Assembly (NCBI GenBank): GCA_963701965.1
Contig: OY969695.1
Coordinates: 4,032,001-4,096,000, forward strand
Length of the DNA: 64,000 nt
Reading direction: 5' to 3'
Source: an uncultured Gemmatimonadales bacterium
Lineage (GTDB): Bacteria; Gemmatimonadota; Gemmatimonadetes; Gemmatimonadales; Gemmatimonadaceae
Shown: positions 9,320-19,659 of the stretch, piece after piece
Numbering within the stretch: the first letter of the stretch is position 1
Layout: every line of letters begins with the position of its first letter
The notes under the pieces: generated by a model
What the model was told of the DNA's origin: nothing
What the model saw: only the letters and a program-made list of their open reading frames with translations
Database searches by the model: none
Position numbers and translations under genes: made by a program

Positions 9320-11304
9320 GACTCGAGTGATGCGGTGGTCAACGCGCCGGTCGGCTGCAACATGCGAAGCCACTCCCGCGCCGACTCGATGAGGATCACG
9401 AGCACGCACACGAGAAAGAATCCCGCGACCGCGGCATTGAGCCGGTCATTGAACGCGAGCCGGCCGCTCACCAGCCTCGCATGCGCCAGGAACCCGATCT
9501 TGGGATCGCTGGAGAAGATCTTGAGTACGCCGGCGGTGCCGGTGATCGTCACCAACCAGACGAGCGGCACGAACGTCACCAGCGCATACCGGGGCTGGCC
9601 CAGTCTCAGGATGACCGTAGTCCCGACGGAGAGGGCGATCGCGGCGAGAAGTTGATTGGCGATGCCGAACATCGGCCACAGCGAATTGATGCCGCCCAGG
9701 GGATCGGTGACGCCCTGATAGAGGAAGATGCCCCAGGCCGCGACGAAGAGCGCGCTGCACAGGATGACGGCCGGATACCAGCTGACGCGACCCAGGGGCC
9801 GCCAGACCCGCGACAGCATGTCTTGGAGAATGAAGCGACCGACGCGCGTGCCCGCGTCCAGCGTCGTCAGGATGAACAACGCCTCGAACATGATGGCGAA
9901 GTGGTACCACAGGGCCAGCGCCCCGCCGCCGCTCAAGAGCCCCGAGAAGATCTTCGCCATGCCCACCGCGAGGCTGGGCGCGCCGCCGGTGCGCGACAGC
10001 AGCGATGTCTCCCCGACCTGTTGGGCCAGCGTGGAGATGTCGGCGGCCGAGAGCTGAAACCCCCAGCTCGAGATCGTCTGCGCCGCGCTCGCGACGGTCG
10101 TCCCGATGGCGCTCGCCGGCGCGTTGATCGCGAAATAGACGCCGGGCGTGAGCGCGCACGCCGCGATCAGGGCCAGGACGGCCACCAGCGACTCGGTGAG
10201 CATCGCGCCGTAGCCGATGGGACGCGCATCGGGCTCGCGCTCCAGCATCTTCGGCGTGGTGCCGGAAGAGATCAGCGCATGAAACCCCGACACCGCGCCG
10301 CAGGCGATCGTGATGAACACGAACGGAAAGAGCGGACCGGCGAACACCGGACCGGTCCCGTCAATGAATCGGGTCGTGGCCGGCATCTGGAGCGGCGGCA
10401 CCAGAATCACGATCCCCAATGCCAGCGCCACGACGACCCCGATCTTGACGAAGGCCGACAGGTAGTCGCGCGGGGCCAGCAGGAGCCACACCGGCAACAC
10501 CGACGCCAGAAACGCGTACCCCATCAGCCACCAGGCCAGCGACAGCGGTCGCAGCGTGAACGCCGCGGCCAGGGCCGGGTCGGCGGCCACCCACCGGCCG
10601 GCGAACAACGCACCGACGAGCAGGGCGATCCCGATCGCCGTCGCTTCCAGGACCCGGTGCGGTCGGATCCATCGCAGGTAGCCGCCGAGCAGAAGCGCGA
10701 TGGGAATCGTGAGGGCCAGCGTCACCGTGCCCCAGGGGCTGGCCTTGAGGGCGTTGACCACGACCAACCCCAGCACCGCGATCAGAATGACCATGATCCC
10801 CAGGATCGCGACCAGCGCGGTCGTGCCGGCGACGGGCCCGATCTCGTCGCGGGCCATCGCGCCGAGCGACTTGCCGTCGCGGCGCAGCGACGCGCAGAGG
10901 ATCACGAAGTCCTGGACGGCGCCGCCCAACACCGCGCCCACGAGGATCCAGATCGTGCCGGGCAGAAAGCCGAACTGGGCGGCCAGCGTCGGCCCGACGA
11001 GGGGTCCGGGTCCCGCGATGGCCGCGAAGTGATGGCCGAAGACGATGTAGCGGTTCGTGGGGACGTAGTCACGGCCATCCTCGAAGCGCACGGCCGGTGT
11101 CGGGCGCGTGGCGTCGAGTCGGAAGACGCGCCGCGCAATGAAACCGCTATAGAAACGATATCCGAGGATGTACGTCGCGACGGCGGCGATCAATAGCCAG
11201 GCCGCGCTGACACTTTCCCCGCGCGACAGGGCGAGGACGGCGAATGCCCCGGCCCCGGCGGCCGCGAGACTGGCCCACAACAGGGCGCGCGTGACCTTCG
11301 CCAT
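9316..11304 (-). CDS. cstA: carbon starvation protein A transporter
   Basis: VFGHHFAAIAGPGPLVGP, WLLLAPRDYLS, SGFHALISSGTTPK. Confidence 0.95.
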   Translation of the reverse strand: MAKVTRALLWASLAAAGAGAFAVLALSRGESVSAAWLLIAAVATYILGYRFYSGFIARRVFRLDATRPTPAVRFEDGRDYVPTNRYIVFGHHFAAIAGPGPLVGPTLAAQFGFLPGTIWILVGAVLGGAVQDFVILCASLRRDGKSLGAMARDEIGPVAGTTALVAILGIMVILIAVLGLVVVNALKASPWGTVTLALTIPIALLLGGYLRWIRPHRVLEATAIGIALLVGALFAGRWVAADPALAAAFTLRPLSLAWWLMGYAFLASVLPVWLLLAPRDYLSAFVKIGVVVALALGIVILVPPLQMPATTRFIDGTGPVFAGPLFPFVFITIACGAVSGFHALISSGTTPKMLEREPDARPIGYGAMLTESLVAVLALIAACALTPGVYFAINAPASAIGTTVASAAQTISSWGFQLSAADISTLAQQVGETSLLSRTGGAPSLAVGMAKIFSGLLSGGGALALWYHFAIMFEALFILTTLDAGTRVGRFILQDMLSRVWRPLGRVSWYPAVILCSALFVAAWGIFLYQGVTDPLGGINSLWPMFGIANQLLAAIALSVGTTVILRLGQPRYALVTFVPLVWLVTITGTAGVLKIFSSDPKIGFLAHARLVSGRLAFNDRLNAAVAGFFLVCVLVILIESAREWLRMLQPTGALTTASLES

Positions 11305-11359
11305 CGCGAAATAGTATTAGTTTACGCGCGACGATGGCATACCCCTGCATCCCGTATCC

Positions 11360-12043
11360 GTGAAACGATTGATCCTGCTCGTTGGCCTCGCCGGCGTGAT
11401 CGCGTGTGGTGGGGCGCTCCCCGGCCTCACCTCGACGGCCCTCACGCCCGTCCCCGGGCGCGCCCTCTCGGGAACAGAAGGTCAATCGCTCGTCCTCACG
11501 CCGGTGATGGCGGTGCGGCGCGCGGATCCGCTGGGATGGGCGCAAGCGTTGGACCGGCCCCGCGACTACATGCGGCATACGGACACGCTGCTGGAGACGC
11601 AGCTGAGCCAGCGGGCGACGCACACGCAGTGGGTGTTTCCGGAGATGCTCGAACGCGAGCGCCAGCGGAACCCGGGCTACATGTCCGACCCCTATTCGTT
11701 GTCCGGCGCGCAGCTGTTGCCAGGGGTCTATCGGATCGGCGAACCGCTCCAGGAACCGCTCGCCGGCGAGCTCCGGTCGCTGATCTCGTTTCAGGAAAAC
11801 GCGCGGTACGTGTTGATCCCCGTCGAGATCCATTTCATATCGGTACAGGTCCCGGCCGCCAAGCCGGGGGATCCGCCGGTGACGCTGCCGCACGTCGGTC
11901 GCGGCGTCTTGCGGATGGCGCTCTACGACGCCCGGGCGACCATGGTCTTGTGGCAAGGGGACGTGATCGGCGACACGGTCTCCTCGCCCACCGGGGCCAT
12001 GGAGAGTGTGGCCCGGCGCCTCGGCGACATCCTCGGCTCCTAA
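11360..12043 (+). CDS. hypothetical lipoprotein
   Basis: MKRLILLVGLAGVIAC signal peptide with lipobox; GC3-rich codons. Confidence 0.7.
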   Translation: MKRLILLVGLAGVIACGGALPGLTSTALTPVPGRALSGTEGQSLVLTPVMAVRRADPLGWAQALDRPRDYMRHTDTLLETQLSQRATHTQWVFPEMLERERQRNPGYMSDPYSLSGAQLLPGVYRIGEPLQEPLAGELRSLISFQENARYVLIPVEIHFISVQVPAAKPGDPPVTLPHVGRGVLRMALYDARATMVLWQGDVIGDTVSSPTGAMESVARRLGDILGS

Positions 12044-12054
12044 CTCAGACCGCC

Positions 12055-13086
12055 GTGCCCGTACCTGTCACACTGATTCCGGGCGACGGCATCGGCCCGG
12101 GCATCACGCAGGCGACCGTCCGGATCCTCGACGCGGCCGGTGCCGATATCGCGTGGGAGACCCACCTCGCCGGCCTCGCCGGCGTCATGCAGCATCACGA
12201 TCCGATGCCGCAATCGACGCTGGACTCGATCTCCCGCACGGGCATCGCGCTCAAAGGACCGCTGGAGACGCCGGTCGGCGAAGGGTTCCGGTCCGTCAAC
12301 GTCGCGCTGCGCACGACGTTCGATCTCTACGCCAACGTCCGCCCCGCCCACGTGATCCGCCAGGGCGGACGGTACGACAAGGTCGATATCGTGCTGGTGC
12401 GCGAGAACACCGAAGGCTTGTACGTCGGGGTCGAACATTACATCCGGATCGGCGACGACCCGAAAGCGGCGGCCGAATCGGTCGCCATCATCACGCGCCA
12501 GGGGTCGGAGCGGGTCATCCGGTTCGCGTTCGAGTACGCGGTGCAACACCGGCGGCAAAAAGTGACGCTGGTGCACAAGGCCAACATCCTCAAGTTCTCG
12601 CAGGGGTTGTTCCTGGAGGTCGGCAAGCGGATCGCCAGCGAATACGCGCCCAGGGGAATCGCGTTCGGCGAGAAGATCATCGACGCCATGGCCATGGACC
12701 TGGTGCTGCGGCCCGAGGCCTACGATGTCATCGTGACGACGAACATGTTCGGCGACATTCTCTCCGACGAGATCTCCGGGCTGGTGGGCGGCTTGGGGCT
12801 CGCGCCCGGGGCCAATATCGGATCGCGGGCGGCGATCTTCGAGGCGGTACACGGGACCGCGCCCGACTTGGCGGGGAAGGGCGTGGCCAACCCGAGCGCG
12901 CTCACGTTCGCGGCCTGCATGATGCTGGACCACCTGGGAGACAACGCGCGCGCCGACCGGATCCGCAATGCGGTGGAGTCGACGATCCGCGACGGCTCGG
13001 TCCTCACGCACGATTTGGGCGGCACGGCGACGACCGATCAGTTCACCGATGCGGTGATCACGCGACTGCCGCACGCTTCACGGTAA
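12055..13086 (+). CDS. isocitrate/isopropylmalate dehydrogenase family (NAD-dependent IDH-like)
   Basis: LIPGDGIGP, RENTEGLY, VHKANILK, NMFGDILSD, FEAVHGTAPD. Confidence 0.9.
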   Translation: MPVPVTLIPGDGIGPGITQATVRILDAAGADIAWETHLAGLAGVMQHHDPMPQSTLDSISRTGIALKGPLETPVGEGFRSVNVALRTTFDLYANVRPAHVIRQGGRYDKVDIVLVRENTEGLYVGVEHYIRIGDDPKAAAESVAIITRQGSERVIRFAFEYAVQHRRQKVTLVHKANILKFSQGLFLEVGKRIASEYAPRGIAFGEKIIDAMAMDLVLRPEAYDVIVTTNMFGDILSDEISGLVGGLGLAPGANIGSRAAIFEAVHGTAPDLAGKGVANPSALTFAACMMLDHLGDNARADRIRNAVESTIRDGSVLTHDLGGTATTDQFTDAVITRLPHASR

Positions 13087-13092
13087 CGACGC

Positions 13093-13911
13093 GTGCCGCG
13101 GATCCTGCACGTGTCGGACCTGCACTTCGGATGGCCGGCCGCGCTGGCGGTGATCGACGCGCTCGACGCGCGGATCGCGGAGGAGCGGTACAATGTGGTC
13201 GCCATCTCCGGCGACCTGTCGCAGCGGTCCAAGGCCGGAGAGTTCCAGCGGGCGCTGGTCTTCCTGCGGAGCGCGGCGCGAACGAGCCCGACGATCACGG
13301 TGCCGGGGAACCACGACGTCGCATGGTGGTTTGCGCCGCTGGGCATGGGCGCGCCGCGGCGCCTGTACGCGAACTATCAGCGCTGGATCGCGCCGACGCT
13401 GGAGCCGGTGCTGCGCGTGCCGGGCATGACGCTGGTCGGCCTCAACACGGCGCACGGTGTGGCCTGGGACACGCTGACGCTCAATCCGCGCGACACGTCG
13501 ATCGTGGGTTCGCTGCGCGCGTCGCAGATCGACCGGGCGCGCGCGCAATTCTCCGCGTCGCCAACGAGCGATGCCCGGATCATCGTGATGCACCACAACC
13601 CCACGCGCGGCGCGCTCTCGGACCGCTGGGGCATGACGCGGGCGCCCCAGGCGCTGCGCGGGCTGGCGGGCGCGGGCGTCGAGTTGATTCTGTGCGGCCA
13701 CGACCACCAGGAGGCGATCGAGACGGCGGAGGGCATCGTCATCGCGGTGGCGGGCACGGTCTCCACGCGAATGCGCGGGCACCGGCCGCCCTCGTTCAAC
13801 GTGTGCACGGTGACGGATGAGTCGATCGCGGTGGCCACGCAGGTGTGGGATGGCCATTCGGGATTCGTCCCGGGAGTGAACCGGTGCTTCGCCCGGCGGC
13901 CGAGCAACTGA
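13093..13911 (+). CDS. calcineurin-like metallophosphoesterase (CpdA/Icc-like)
   Basis: SDLHFG, SGDL, PGNHD, MHH, GHDH. Confidence 0.9.
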   Translation: MPRILHVSDLHFGWPAALAVIDALDARIAEERYNVVAISGDLSQRSKAGEFQRALVFLRSAARTSPTITVPGNHDVAWWFAPLGMGAPRRLYANYQRWIAPTLEPVLRVPGMTLVGLNTAHGVAWDTLTLNPRDTSIVGSLRASQIDRARAQFSASPTSDARIIVMHHNPTRGALSDRWGMTRAPQALRGLAGAGVELILCGHDHQEAIETAEGIVIAVAGTVSTRMRGHRPPSFNVCTVTDESIAVATQVWDGHSGFVPGVNRCFARRPSN

Positions 13912-14570
13912 CGCTCGATCTCGATCCGGCGCCGCGCGACGCCGGGGAGATGCTGGGGCGATTGACGGCGCTCGGCATGCGCGGCGTGTCGGTGCTCCGG
14001 CTCACCCGCAATCGCACGGTCATGGTGAGCGTGCGCCAGGGCGTGGTCCGGCTGCACCGGGGCTTCCTCGGCGCGCCGGCCGAGGTGCTGCGCGCCGTGG
14101 CCGCGTTCGTCAGCGGCCCCTCGCGCGCGGAACGTCTGGCGGCGCGGCGGCAACTCCTTGCCTATCCGATCCCGCGCGCCGCGGGTGACACGTCATCCCG
14201 GGCGCGACGTCGTGAGCCGCGGCATCCGGCGGACGCGCCGGCCGAACAGCGTCTCATCGCCGCGCACGGCGCGTTCAACGCCGAGCGATTTGGCGGCACG
14301 CTCGAGCCCATCCCCATTCGAATCTCGCGCCGGCTGCGCCGGCGGCTGGGCTATTATCGGTTGGCAGCCGTTGGCGAGACCCCTGAGATTGTCATCAGCC
14401 GGCGGCATCTGCGCCGCCACGGATGGGCCGAGGTCCTGGCCACGTTGCTTCACGAGATGGTGCACCAGTGGCAGGACGAAACCGGCGCGCCTGTGGATCA
14501 CGGCCGCGCGTTTCGCGCCAAAGCGCGCGCCGTTGGCGTCATGCCGGCCGCACGCCGACCGGTCGCCTGA
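13845..14570 (+). CDS. SprT-like zinc metalloprotease
   Basis: FNAERF, RLG, LLHEMVHQW, DHGRAF; start uncertain. Confidence 0.8.
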   Translation: MGWPFGIRPGSEPVLRPAAEQLTLDLDPAPRDAGEMLGRLTALGMRGVSVLRLTRNRTVMVSVRQGVVRLHRGFLGAPAEVLRAVAAFVSGPSRAERLAARRQLLAYPIPRAAGDTSSRARRREPRHPADAPAEQRLIAAHGAFNAERFGGTLEPIPIRISRRLRRRLGYYRLAAVGETPEIVISRRHLRRHGWAEVLATLLHEMVHQWQDETGAPVDHGRAFRAKARAVGVMPAARRPVA

Positions 14571-14608
14571 CCAAACGCGCCAGTATTGGGTCTAGCGACC
14601 CGTGGCGA

Positions 14609-14637
14609 GTAGGGCCGCAGGCGAACAGCCTGCGGCC
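14609..14637 (+). repeat. REP-like element: GTAG tetranucleotide plus perfect 10-bp hairpin
   Basis: GTAG-GGCCGCAGGC-gaaca-GCCTGCGGCC in an intergenic region. Confidence 0.5.
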
Positions 14638-14649
14638 TTCAAACCAATT

Positions 14650-14724
14650 GATCCATAGGATCCAAAAACCATAGTCGACTGGATCGCGTAAGCGATCCTC
14701 GACTATGTTTTGGGTCTATGGATC
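14650..14724. repeat. 75-bp imperfect inverted repeat covering the downstream ATG
   Basis: GATCCATAG..CCAAAA..CATAGTCGA..GGATCGC-gtaa-GCGATCC..TCGACTATG..TTTTGG..CTATGGATC. Confidence 0.85.
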
Positions 14725-15887
14725 GCGATTTCTATAACGTTGACGGGTCGCTCACTGAAGAGGAGCGCGCGGTACGCGACAGCGTGCGGCGGTTCGTCGA
14801 CGAGCGGGTTTTGCCGATCATCGGCCACTGCTACGTCGAGGGCCGGTTCCCCAAGGAGATCGTTCCGGAGATGGGCGCGCTCGGCCTGTTCGGCGCCAAC
14901 CTCCCCGAGGAATACGGCTGCGCCGGGCTCAACAACGTCGCCTACGGCCTGATCATGCAGGAGCTCGAGCGCGGTGACTCGGGCGTACGCTCGTTCGCCT
15001 CCGTGCAGGGCGCGCTCGTGATGTATCCGATTTACGCGTTCGGCAGTGAGGAGCAGAAACGCCACTATCTGCCCAAGATGGCTACGGGCGAGATCATCGG
15101 CTGTTTCGGCCTGACCGAGCCCGATTTCGGGTCCAACCCCGCCGGAATGATCACCACCGCACGCGAGCAGGGTGACGGCAGCTTCGTCCTCAACGGCGCG
15201 AAGATGTGGATCACGAACGGCTCGACCGCGCACGTCGCCATCATCTGGGCCAAGACCGGCGCCGACGAGCGCTCGATCCGTGGATTTCTCGTCCCGACGG
15301 ACACGAAAGGCTTCACGGCCAAAGACCAAAAGGGCAAGCTGTCGCTCCGCGCCTCCGACACCAGCGAGCTGGTGCTGCAGGACGTATGCATTCCCAAGAG
15401 CAACGTCCTGCCGGGCTCGGGCGGCCTCAAGAGTCCGCTCATGTGCTTGACGCAAGCCCGCTACGGGATCAGCTGGGGCGCGTTGGGCGCGGCGATGGCG
15501 TGCTTCGAGGAAGCCGCGTCGTACGCCACGCAGCGCGTGATGTTCGACAAGCCCATTGGCGGATTTCAGCTCCAGCAGCTGCGGTTGGCCGAGATGCTGA
15601 CCGAGATCGTGAAAGCGCAGTTACTGGTCCTGCACTTGGGACGCCTCAAGGACGCGGGCACCTTCACGCCCCAACAGGTGTCGCTCGCCAAGCGCAACAA
15701 CGTCGACATGGCGACCAACATCGCGCGCGAGGCGCGGCGCTTGTTGGGCGCCAACGGCATCCTTGCCGAGTACTCCGCGATGCGCCACATGGAAAATCTG
15801 GAGAGCGTGTATACGTACGAAGGCACGCACAATGTGCACACGCTGATCCTCGGACAGGCCATCACGGGACTCAACGCATTCCAATGA
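14718..15887 (+). CDS. acyl-CoA dehydrogenase (glutaryl-CoA dehydrogenase-like)
   Basis: GCFGLTEPDFGS, NGAKMWITNG, LGANGI, TYEGT. Confidence 0.92.
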   Translation: MDRDFYNVDGSLTEEERAVRDSVRRFVDERVLPIIGHCYVEGRFPKEIVPEMGALGLFGANLPEEYGCAGLNNVAYGLIMQELERGDSGVRSFASVQGALVMYPIYAFGSEEQKRHYLPKMATGEIIGCFGLTEPDFGSNPAGMITTAREQGDGSFVLNGAKMWITNGSTAHVAIIWAKTGADERSIRGFLVPTDTKGFTAKDQKGKLSLRASDTSELVLQDVCIPKSNVLPGSGGLKSPLMCLTQARYGISWGALGAAMACFEEAASYATQRVMFDKPIGGFQLQQLRLAEMLTEIVKAQLLVLHLGRLKDAGTFTPQQVSLAKRNNVDMATNIAREARRLLGANGILAEYSAMRHMENLESVYTYEGTHNVHTLILGQAITGLNAFQ

Positions 15888-16633
15888 AAATCGCTGTCTG
15901 TCTCAAGCGCGTCCCCGATACCGAGACGCGCATCAAGATCGCGCCGGGCGGTCAGAAGATCGACGAAGCCGGCGTGAAATTCATTCCCAATCCGTACAAT
16001 GACTTCGCCATCGAGGCCGCGCTGTTGCTCAAGCAGAAAGCCGGCGGCGAAGTCGTGGCGATCTCCCTCGGCCCCGACGCCGCCCAGGAAGTCATCCGCA
16101 CGGCCCTCGCCATGGGCGCGGACCGGGGCGTGCATCTCAAGACGGACGGGCAGCCGTACGACACGTTGTCCGTCGCCCAAGCGTTGGCCGCGGAGCTGAA
16201 GGCCGGGTCGTATGATCTGATCCTGCTCGGCAAGATGGCGATCGACGACTACAACCACGCAATGGGGCCCGTGCTCGGGGCGCTGCTCGGTCTGCCGAGT
16301 GTGAGTGCCGTCACCGCGCTGACCATCGAGGGCGGCAAAGGCACGGCCGAGCGCGAGGTGGAGGGCGGGGTGGAGGTGCTGACGTTCCCGGTGCCGGCCG
16401 TCGTCAGCACCGACAAGGGGTTGAACAAACCGCGGCTTCCCACGCTGCCCGGCATCATGGCGGCGAAGAAAAAGCCAATGGAAAGCAAACCCGCGGCGCT
16501 CGGCGTCGCGCGGGTCACCGTCAAGTCCTTGGCGCTGCCGCCCGAGCGGCCGGCCGGCCGCATCATCGGCGAAGGCGCCGCGGCCGTGCCCGAGCTCGTG
16601 CGTCTTCTCCAGACTGAAGCCAAGGTTCTCTAA
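15884..16633 (+). CDS. etfB: electron transfer flavoprotein beta subunit
   Basis: MKIAVCLKRVPDT, ALAMGADRG, PRLPTLPGIMAAKKK. Confidence 0.95.
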   Translation: MKIAVCLKRVPDTETRIKIAPGGQKIDEAGVKFIPNPYNDFAIEAALLLKQKAGGEVVAISLGPDAAQEVIRTALAMGADRGVHLKTDGQPYDTLSVAQALAAELKAGSYDLILLGKMAIDDYNHAMGPVLGALLGLPSVSAVTALTIEGGKGTAEREVEGGVEVLTFPVPAVVSTDKGLNKPRLPTLPGIMAAKKKPMESKPAALGVARVTVKSLALPPERPAGRIIGEGAAAVPELVRLLQTEAKVL

Positions 16634-16636
16634 GTC

Positions 16637-17620
16637 ATGGCCAATATTCTCGCCTACGCCGAAGCGCGTGGGACGGCGCTGCGCAAGAGCGCGTTCGAGG
16701 CGGTCACCGCCGCGCGCGCTCTCGCGGGCAGCGCCCACGAAGTGCACGCGCTGCTCGTCGGACCGCCGGGCATCGCGGCCGTGGCGTCCGAGCTCGGCGC
16801 CTCCGGCGCCTCGCGCGTGCTGGTGTGCGAGCACGCCGGCTTCGCCCAGTACAATCCCGAGGCCGCATCGGCCCTCGCCGCCGAGCGCATCCGCTCCGGT
16901 GGCTATCGGGCCGCCGTGTTCGTGTCCACGGCGCAGGGGCGCGACTTGGCGCCGCGCGTCGCGGCGGCGCTCGACGCGGCGTTTGCGCCTGATGTCACGT
17001 CGATCGCGCTGTCGGGCGAGGAGATCACCGTGACGCATCCGGTGTATTCGGGCAAGGCGATCGCAACGCTCGTGATCGCGGGCACGCCGGCCGTGATCGC
17101 GGTGCGTCCATCGACGTTCCCGCCCCAGGCAGGCGCGGGCACGGCCGCGACCGAGACCGTCGCGCCGGTGGGCGACCCGTCCGCGGCGCGCGTCGTCGTC
17201 ACGGAGCTCCGGACGGGTGGCGGCGCCAAGCTCAATGTCAGCGAAGCGCCGATCGTGGTGAGCGGTGGACGGGGCCTCAAGGGTCCCGAGCATTTCAACC
17301 TCGTCGAAGACCTCGCCGCCTCGTTCGGCAACGCCGCCGTGGGCGCCTCGCGCGCGGTGGTCGATGCCGGATGGCGGCCGCACTCCGACCAAGTGGGGCA
17401 GACCGGAAAAGTGGTGAGCCCGGATCTCTACGTCGCCGTGGGGATCTCCGGCGCGATCCAGCATCTCGCGGGCATGCGCACCGCCAAGACGATCGTGGCC
17501 ATCAACCGGGACAAGGACGCGCCGATCTTCAAGATCGCCGACTACGGGATCGTGGGCGATGCGTTCGAGATCGTGCCCGCCCTGGCCGCGGCCGTGCGCG
17601 AGGCACGCCGGTCGGGATGA
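16637..17620 (+). CDS. etfA: electron transfer flavoprotein alpha subunit
   Basis: [25 protein letters not shown]. Confidence 0.95.
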   Translation: MANILAYAEARGTALRKSAFEAVTAARALAGSAHEVHALLVGPPGIAAVASELGASGASRVLVCEHAGFAQYNPEAASALAAERIRSGGYRAAVFVSTAQGRDLAPRVAAALDAAFAPDVTSIALSGEEITVTHPVYSGKAIATLVIAGTPAVIAVRPSTFPPQAGAGTAATETVAPVGDPSAARVVVTELRTGGGAKLNVSEAPIVVSGGRGLKGPEHFNLVEDLAASFGNAAVGASRAVVDAGWRPHSDQVGQTGKVVSPDLYVAVGISGAIQHLAGMRTAKTIVAINRDKDAPIFKIADYGIVGDAFEIVPALAAAVREARRSG

Positions 17621-19659
17621 GCGCCGCCACGGCGCTCTACCTCATCATCCTGGGCCTGGCGGCCGGGTTCTTCTCGTATAACGCCCAGCGGCTCGTCGGG
17701 TATCTGCGACTGGGCCGGCCCGACAACCGCACGGACCACCCGCTGGTGCGGATCCGCAATCTGCTGGCGATCGGTATCGCCCAGACCAAGATCCTGCGCG
17801 ATCCGCTCGCCGGTATCATGCACGCGACGGTCTTCTGGGGTTTTTGCGTCCTGACCGCGGGGACGATCGAGATTTTGATCCAGGGCCTGTGGCCCGCGTT
17901 CACGTACGCCCGCTTCCTCGGGCCGTTGTACGCGCCGTACGTCGTTTCCCAGGAGCTGTTCGCGATTTTTGTCCTGGGCGCCGTCTCCTGGTTGTTGTAC
18001 CGGCGCCTCGTGCTCCGTCCGAAACGCCTGCGCGGCGACCATCTGGAGCAGTGGGACGCGCTCTTCATCTTGTCGTTGATCGCGGCCCTCATGGTCACGC
18101 TGCTTGCCATGAACGCGTTCTCGATCGTGGCGGACCCCGCCCTGGCCTCGAGCCCACGGATCATCTCACGCGGTCTCGCGGCCGCGCTCCAGGGCGTGCC
18201 GCCCGCGGCCGCCGCGCACTGGGCGTACGGGATGTGGTGGGCGCACGTGTTGCTGGTGCTGGCGTTCTTGAACTATCTGCCGTATTCGAAGCACCTCCAC
18301 GTCATCACGTCGCTGCCCAACGTGTTCCTCTCCAACACCAGCGGACCGGGGACCAAAGGGGCGATGCGCCCGATGGACCTGGAGGCCGAGGGGGTCGAGC
18401 AGTTCGGCGCCGCCGACGTCGATCATCTGTCGTGGAAGAACCTGCTGGACGGCTACTCCTGCACCGAGTGCGGACGCTGCACGTCGGTGTGTCCCGCGCA
18501 CATCACCGGCAAAGTCCTGAGCCCCCGCAAGATCGTGATCAACGTGCGGCAGCGCCTCATGGAGAAAGCACCGGCCCTGGCCGGGGAGGCGCCGGGCGCC
18601 CTGGTGCATGGCGAGGGCGAGACGGCGCCCGATGCGCGGTTGCTGGACGGGTACATCTCGGAAGAAGAGCTCTGGCAATGCACGTCCTGCCGGGCGTGTG
18701 TCGAGGAATGCCCGGTCTCGATCGACCAGCTGGACACCATCAATGAGTTGCGCCGGAATCTCGTCCTCATGGAGTCGCGGTTTCCCTCCGAGGTGCAGCC
18801 GGCGTTTCAATCGTTGGAGCGTAACGGCACGCCCTGGGCGTTCAACGCTGCCGACCGCGGTGAGTGGGCGCATGGGATGGACATTCCCACGGTGGCCGAG
18901 TTGGCGGCGCAGGGCCGGCGGCCCGAGGTGTTGTTCTGGGTGGGATGCGCCGGATCGTTCGACGCGCGGGCGAAGAAGATCACCGTCGCGTTCGCGCGCA
19001 TCATGCGCGCCGCCGGCATCGACTTCGCCATTCTGGGACAGGAAGAGAAGTGCAACGGCGATCCCGCGCGCCGCATGGGGAACGAGTACCTGTACCAGAT
19101 GCTGGCCAAGGACAACGTCGCGCTCCTCAATGCCTACGAGGTGCGCACCGTCGTCACGATCTGCCCGCACTGCTTTCATCAGCTGGGCAACGAGTACCCG
19201 CAGTTGGGCGGACACTACGAAGTGATCCACCACTCGGAGTACATTGAGCGGTTGCTGGCCGAAGGCCGCGTGCCGCTGGACGGAACGAGCGGCGATATCC
19301 GCACGATCACCTACCACGACAGTTGCTACCTCGGGCGGTACAACGATATCTACGACGCGCCGCGCGAGAGTATTCGCCGGGCGCTCCCCGTGGTGACGCT
19401 GGCCGAGCCGCCGCGGAACAAGAGCCGCGGCATGTGCTGCGGTGCGGGCGGTGGACGCATGTGGATGGAAGAGACGCAGGGCCAGCGCATCAATATCGAG
19501 CGCACCAAGGAATTGCTGGCCACGGGCGCCAATGCCATCGCTGCCGCGTGCCCCTTCTGCATGACGATGTTGAGCGACGGGGTGAAGGCGAACGACTCGA
19601 CCGTCCCCGTCTACGATATCTCGGAGATCGTCGCCGGGCGCCTCGCGCCTAACGCTTGA
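17617..19659 (+). CDS. membrane Fe-S oxidoreductase (FadF/heterodisulfide-reductase-like; probable ETF:menaquinone oxidoreductase)
   Basis: N-terminal TMs ending in PYSKHLH, two CxxCxxCxxxCP clusters, CCG domains (CCGAGGG). Confidence 0.88.
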   Translation: MSAATALYLIILGLAAGFFSYNAQRLVGYLRLGRPDNRTDHPLVRIRNLLAIGIAQTKILRDPLAGIMHATVFWGFCVLTAGTIEILIQGLWPAFTYARFLGPLYAPYVVSQELFAIFVLGAVSWLLYRRLVLRPKRLRGDHLEQWDALFILSLIAALMVTLLAMNAFSIVADPALASSPRIISRGLAAALQGVPPAAAAHWAYGMWWAHVLLVLAFLNYLPYSKHLHVITSLPNVFLSNTSGPGTKGAMRPMDLEAEGVEQFGAADVDHLSWKNLLDGYSCTECGRCTSVCPAHITGKVLSPRKIVINVRQRLMEKAPALAGEAPGALVHGEGETAPDARLLDGYISEEELWQCTSCRACVEECPVSIDQLDTINELRRNLVLMESRFPSEVQPAFQSLERNGTPWAFNAADRGEWAHGMDIPTVAELAAQGRRPEVLFWVGCAGSFDARAKKITVAFARIMRAAGIDFAILGQEEKCNGDPARRMGNEYLYQMLAKDNVALLNAYEVRTVVTICPHCFHQLGNEYPQLGGHYEVIHHSEYIERLLAEGRVPLDGTSGDIRTITYHDSCYLGRYNDIYDAPRESIRRALPVVTLAEPPRNKSRGMCCGAGGGRMWMEETQGQRINIERTKELLATGANAIAAACPFCMTMLSDGVKANDSTVPVYDISEIVAGRLAPNA

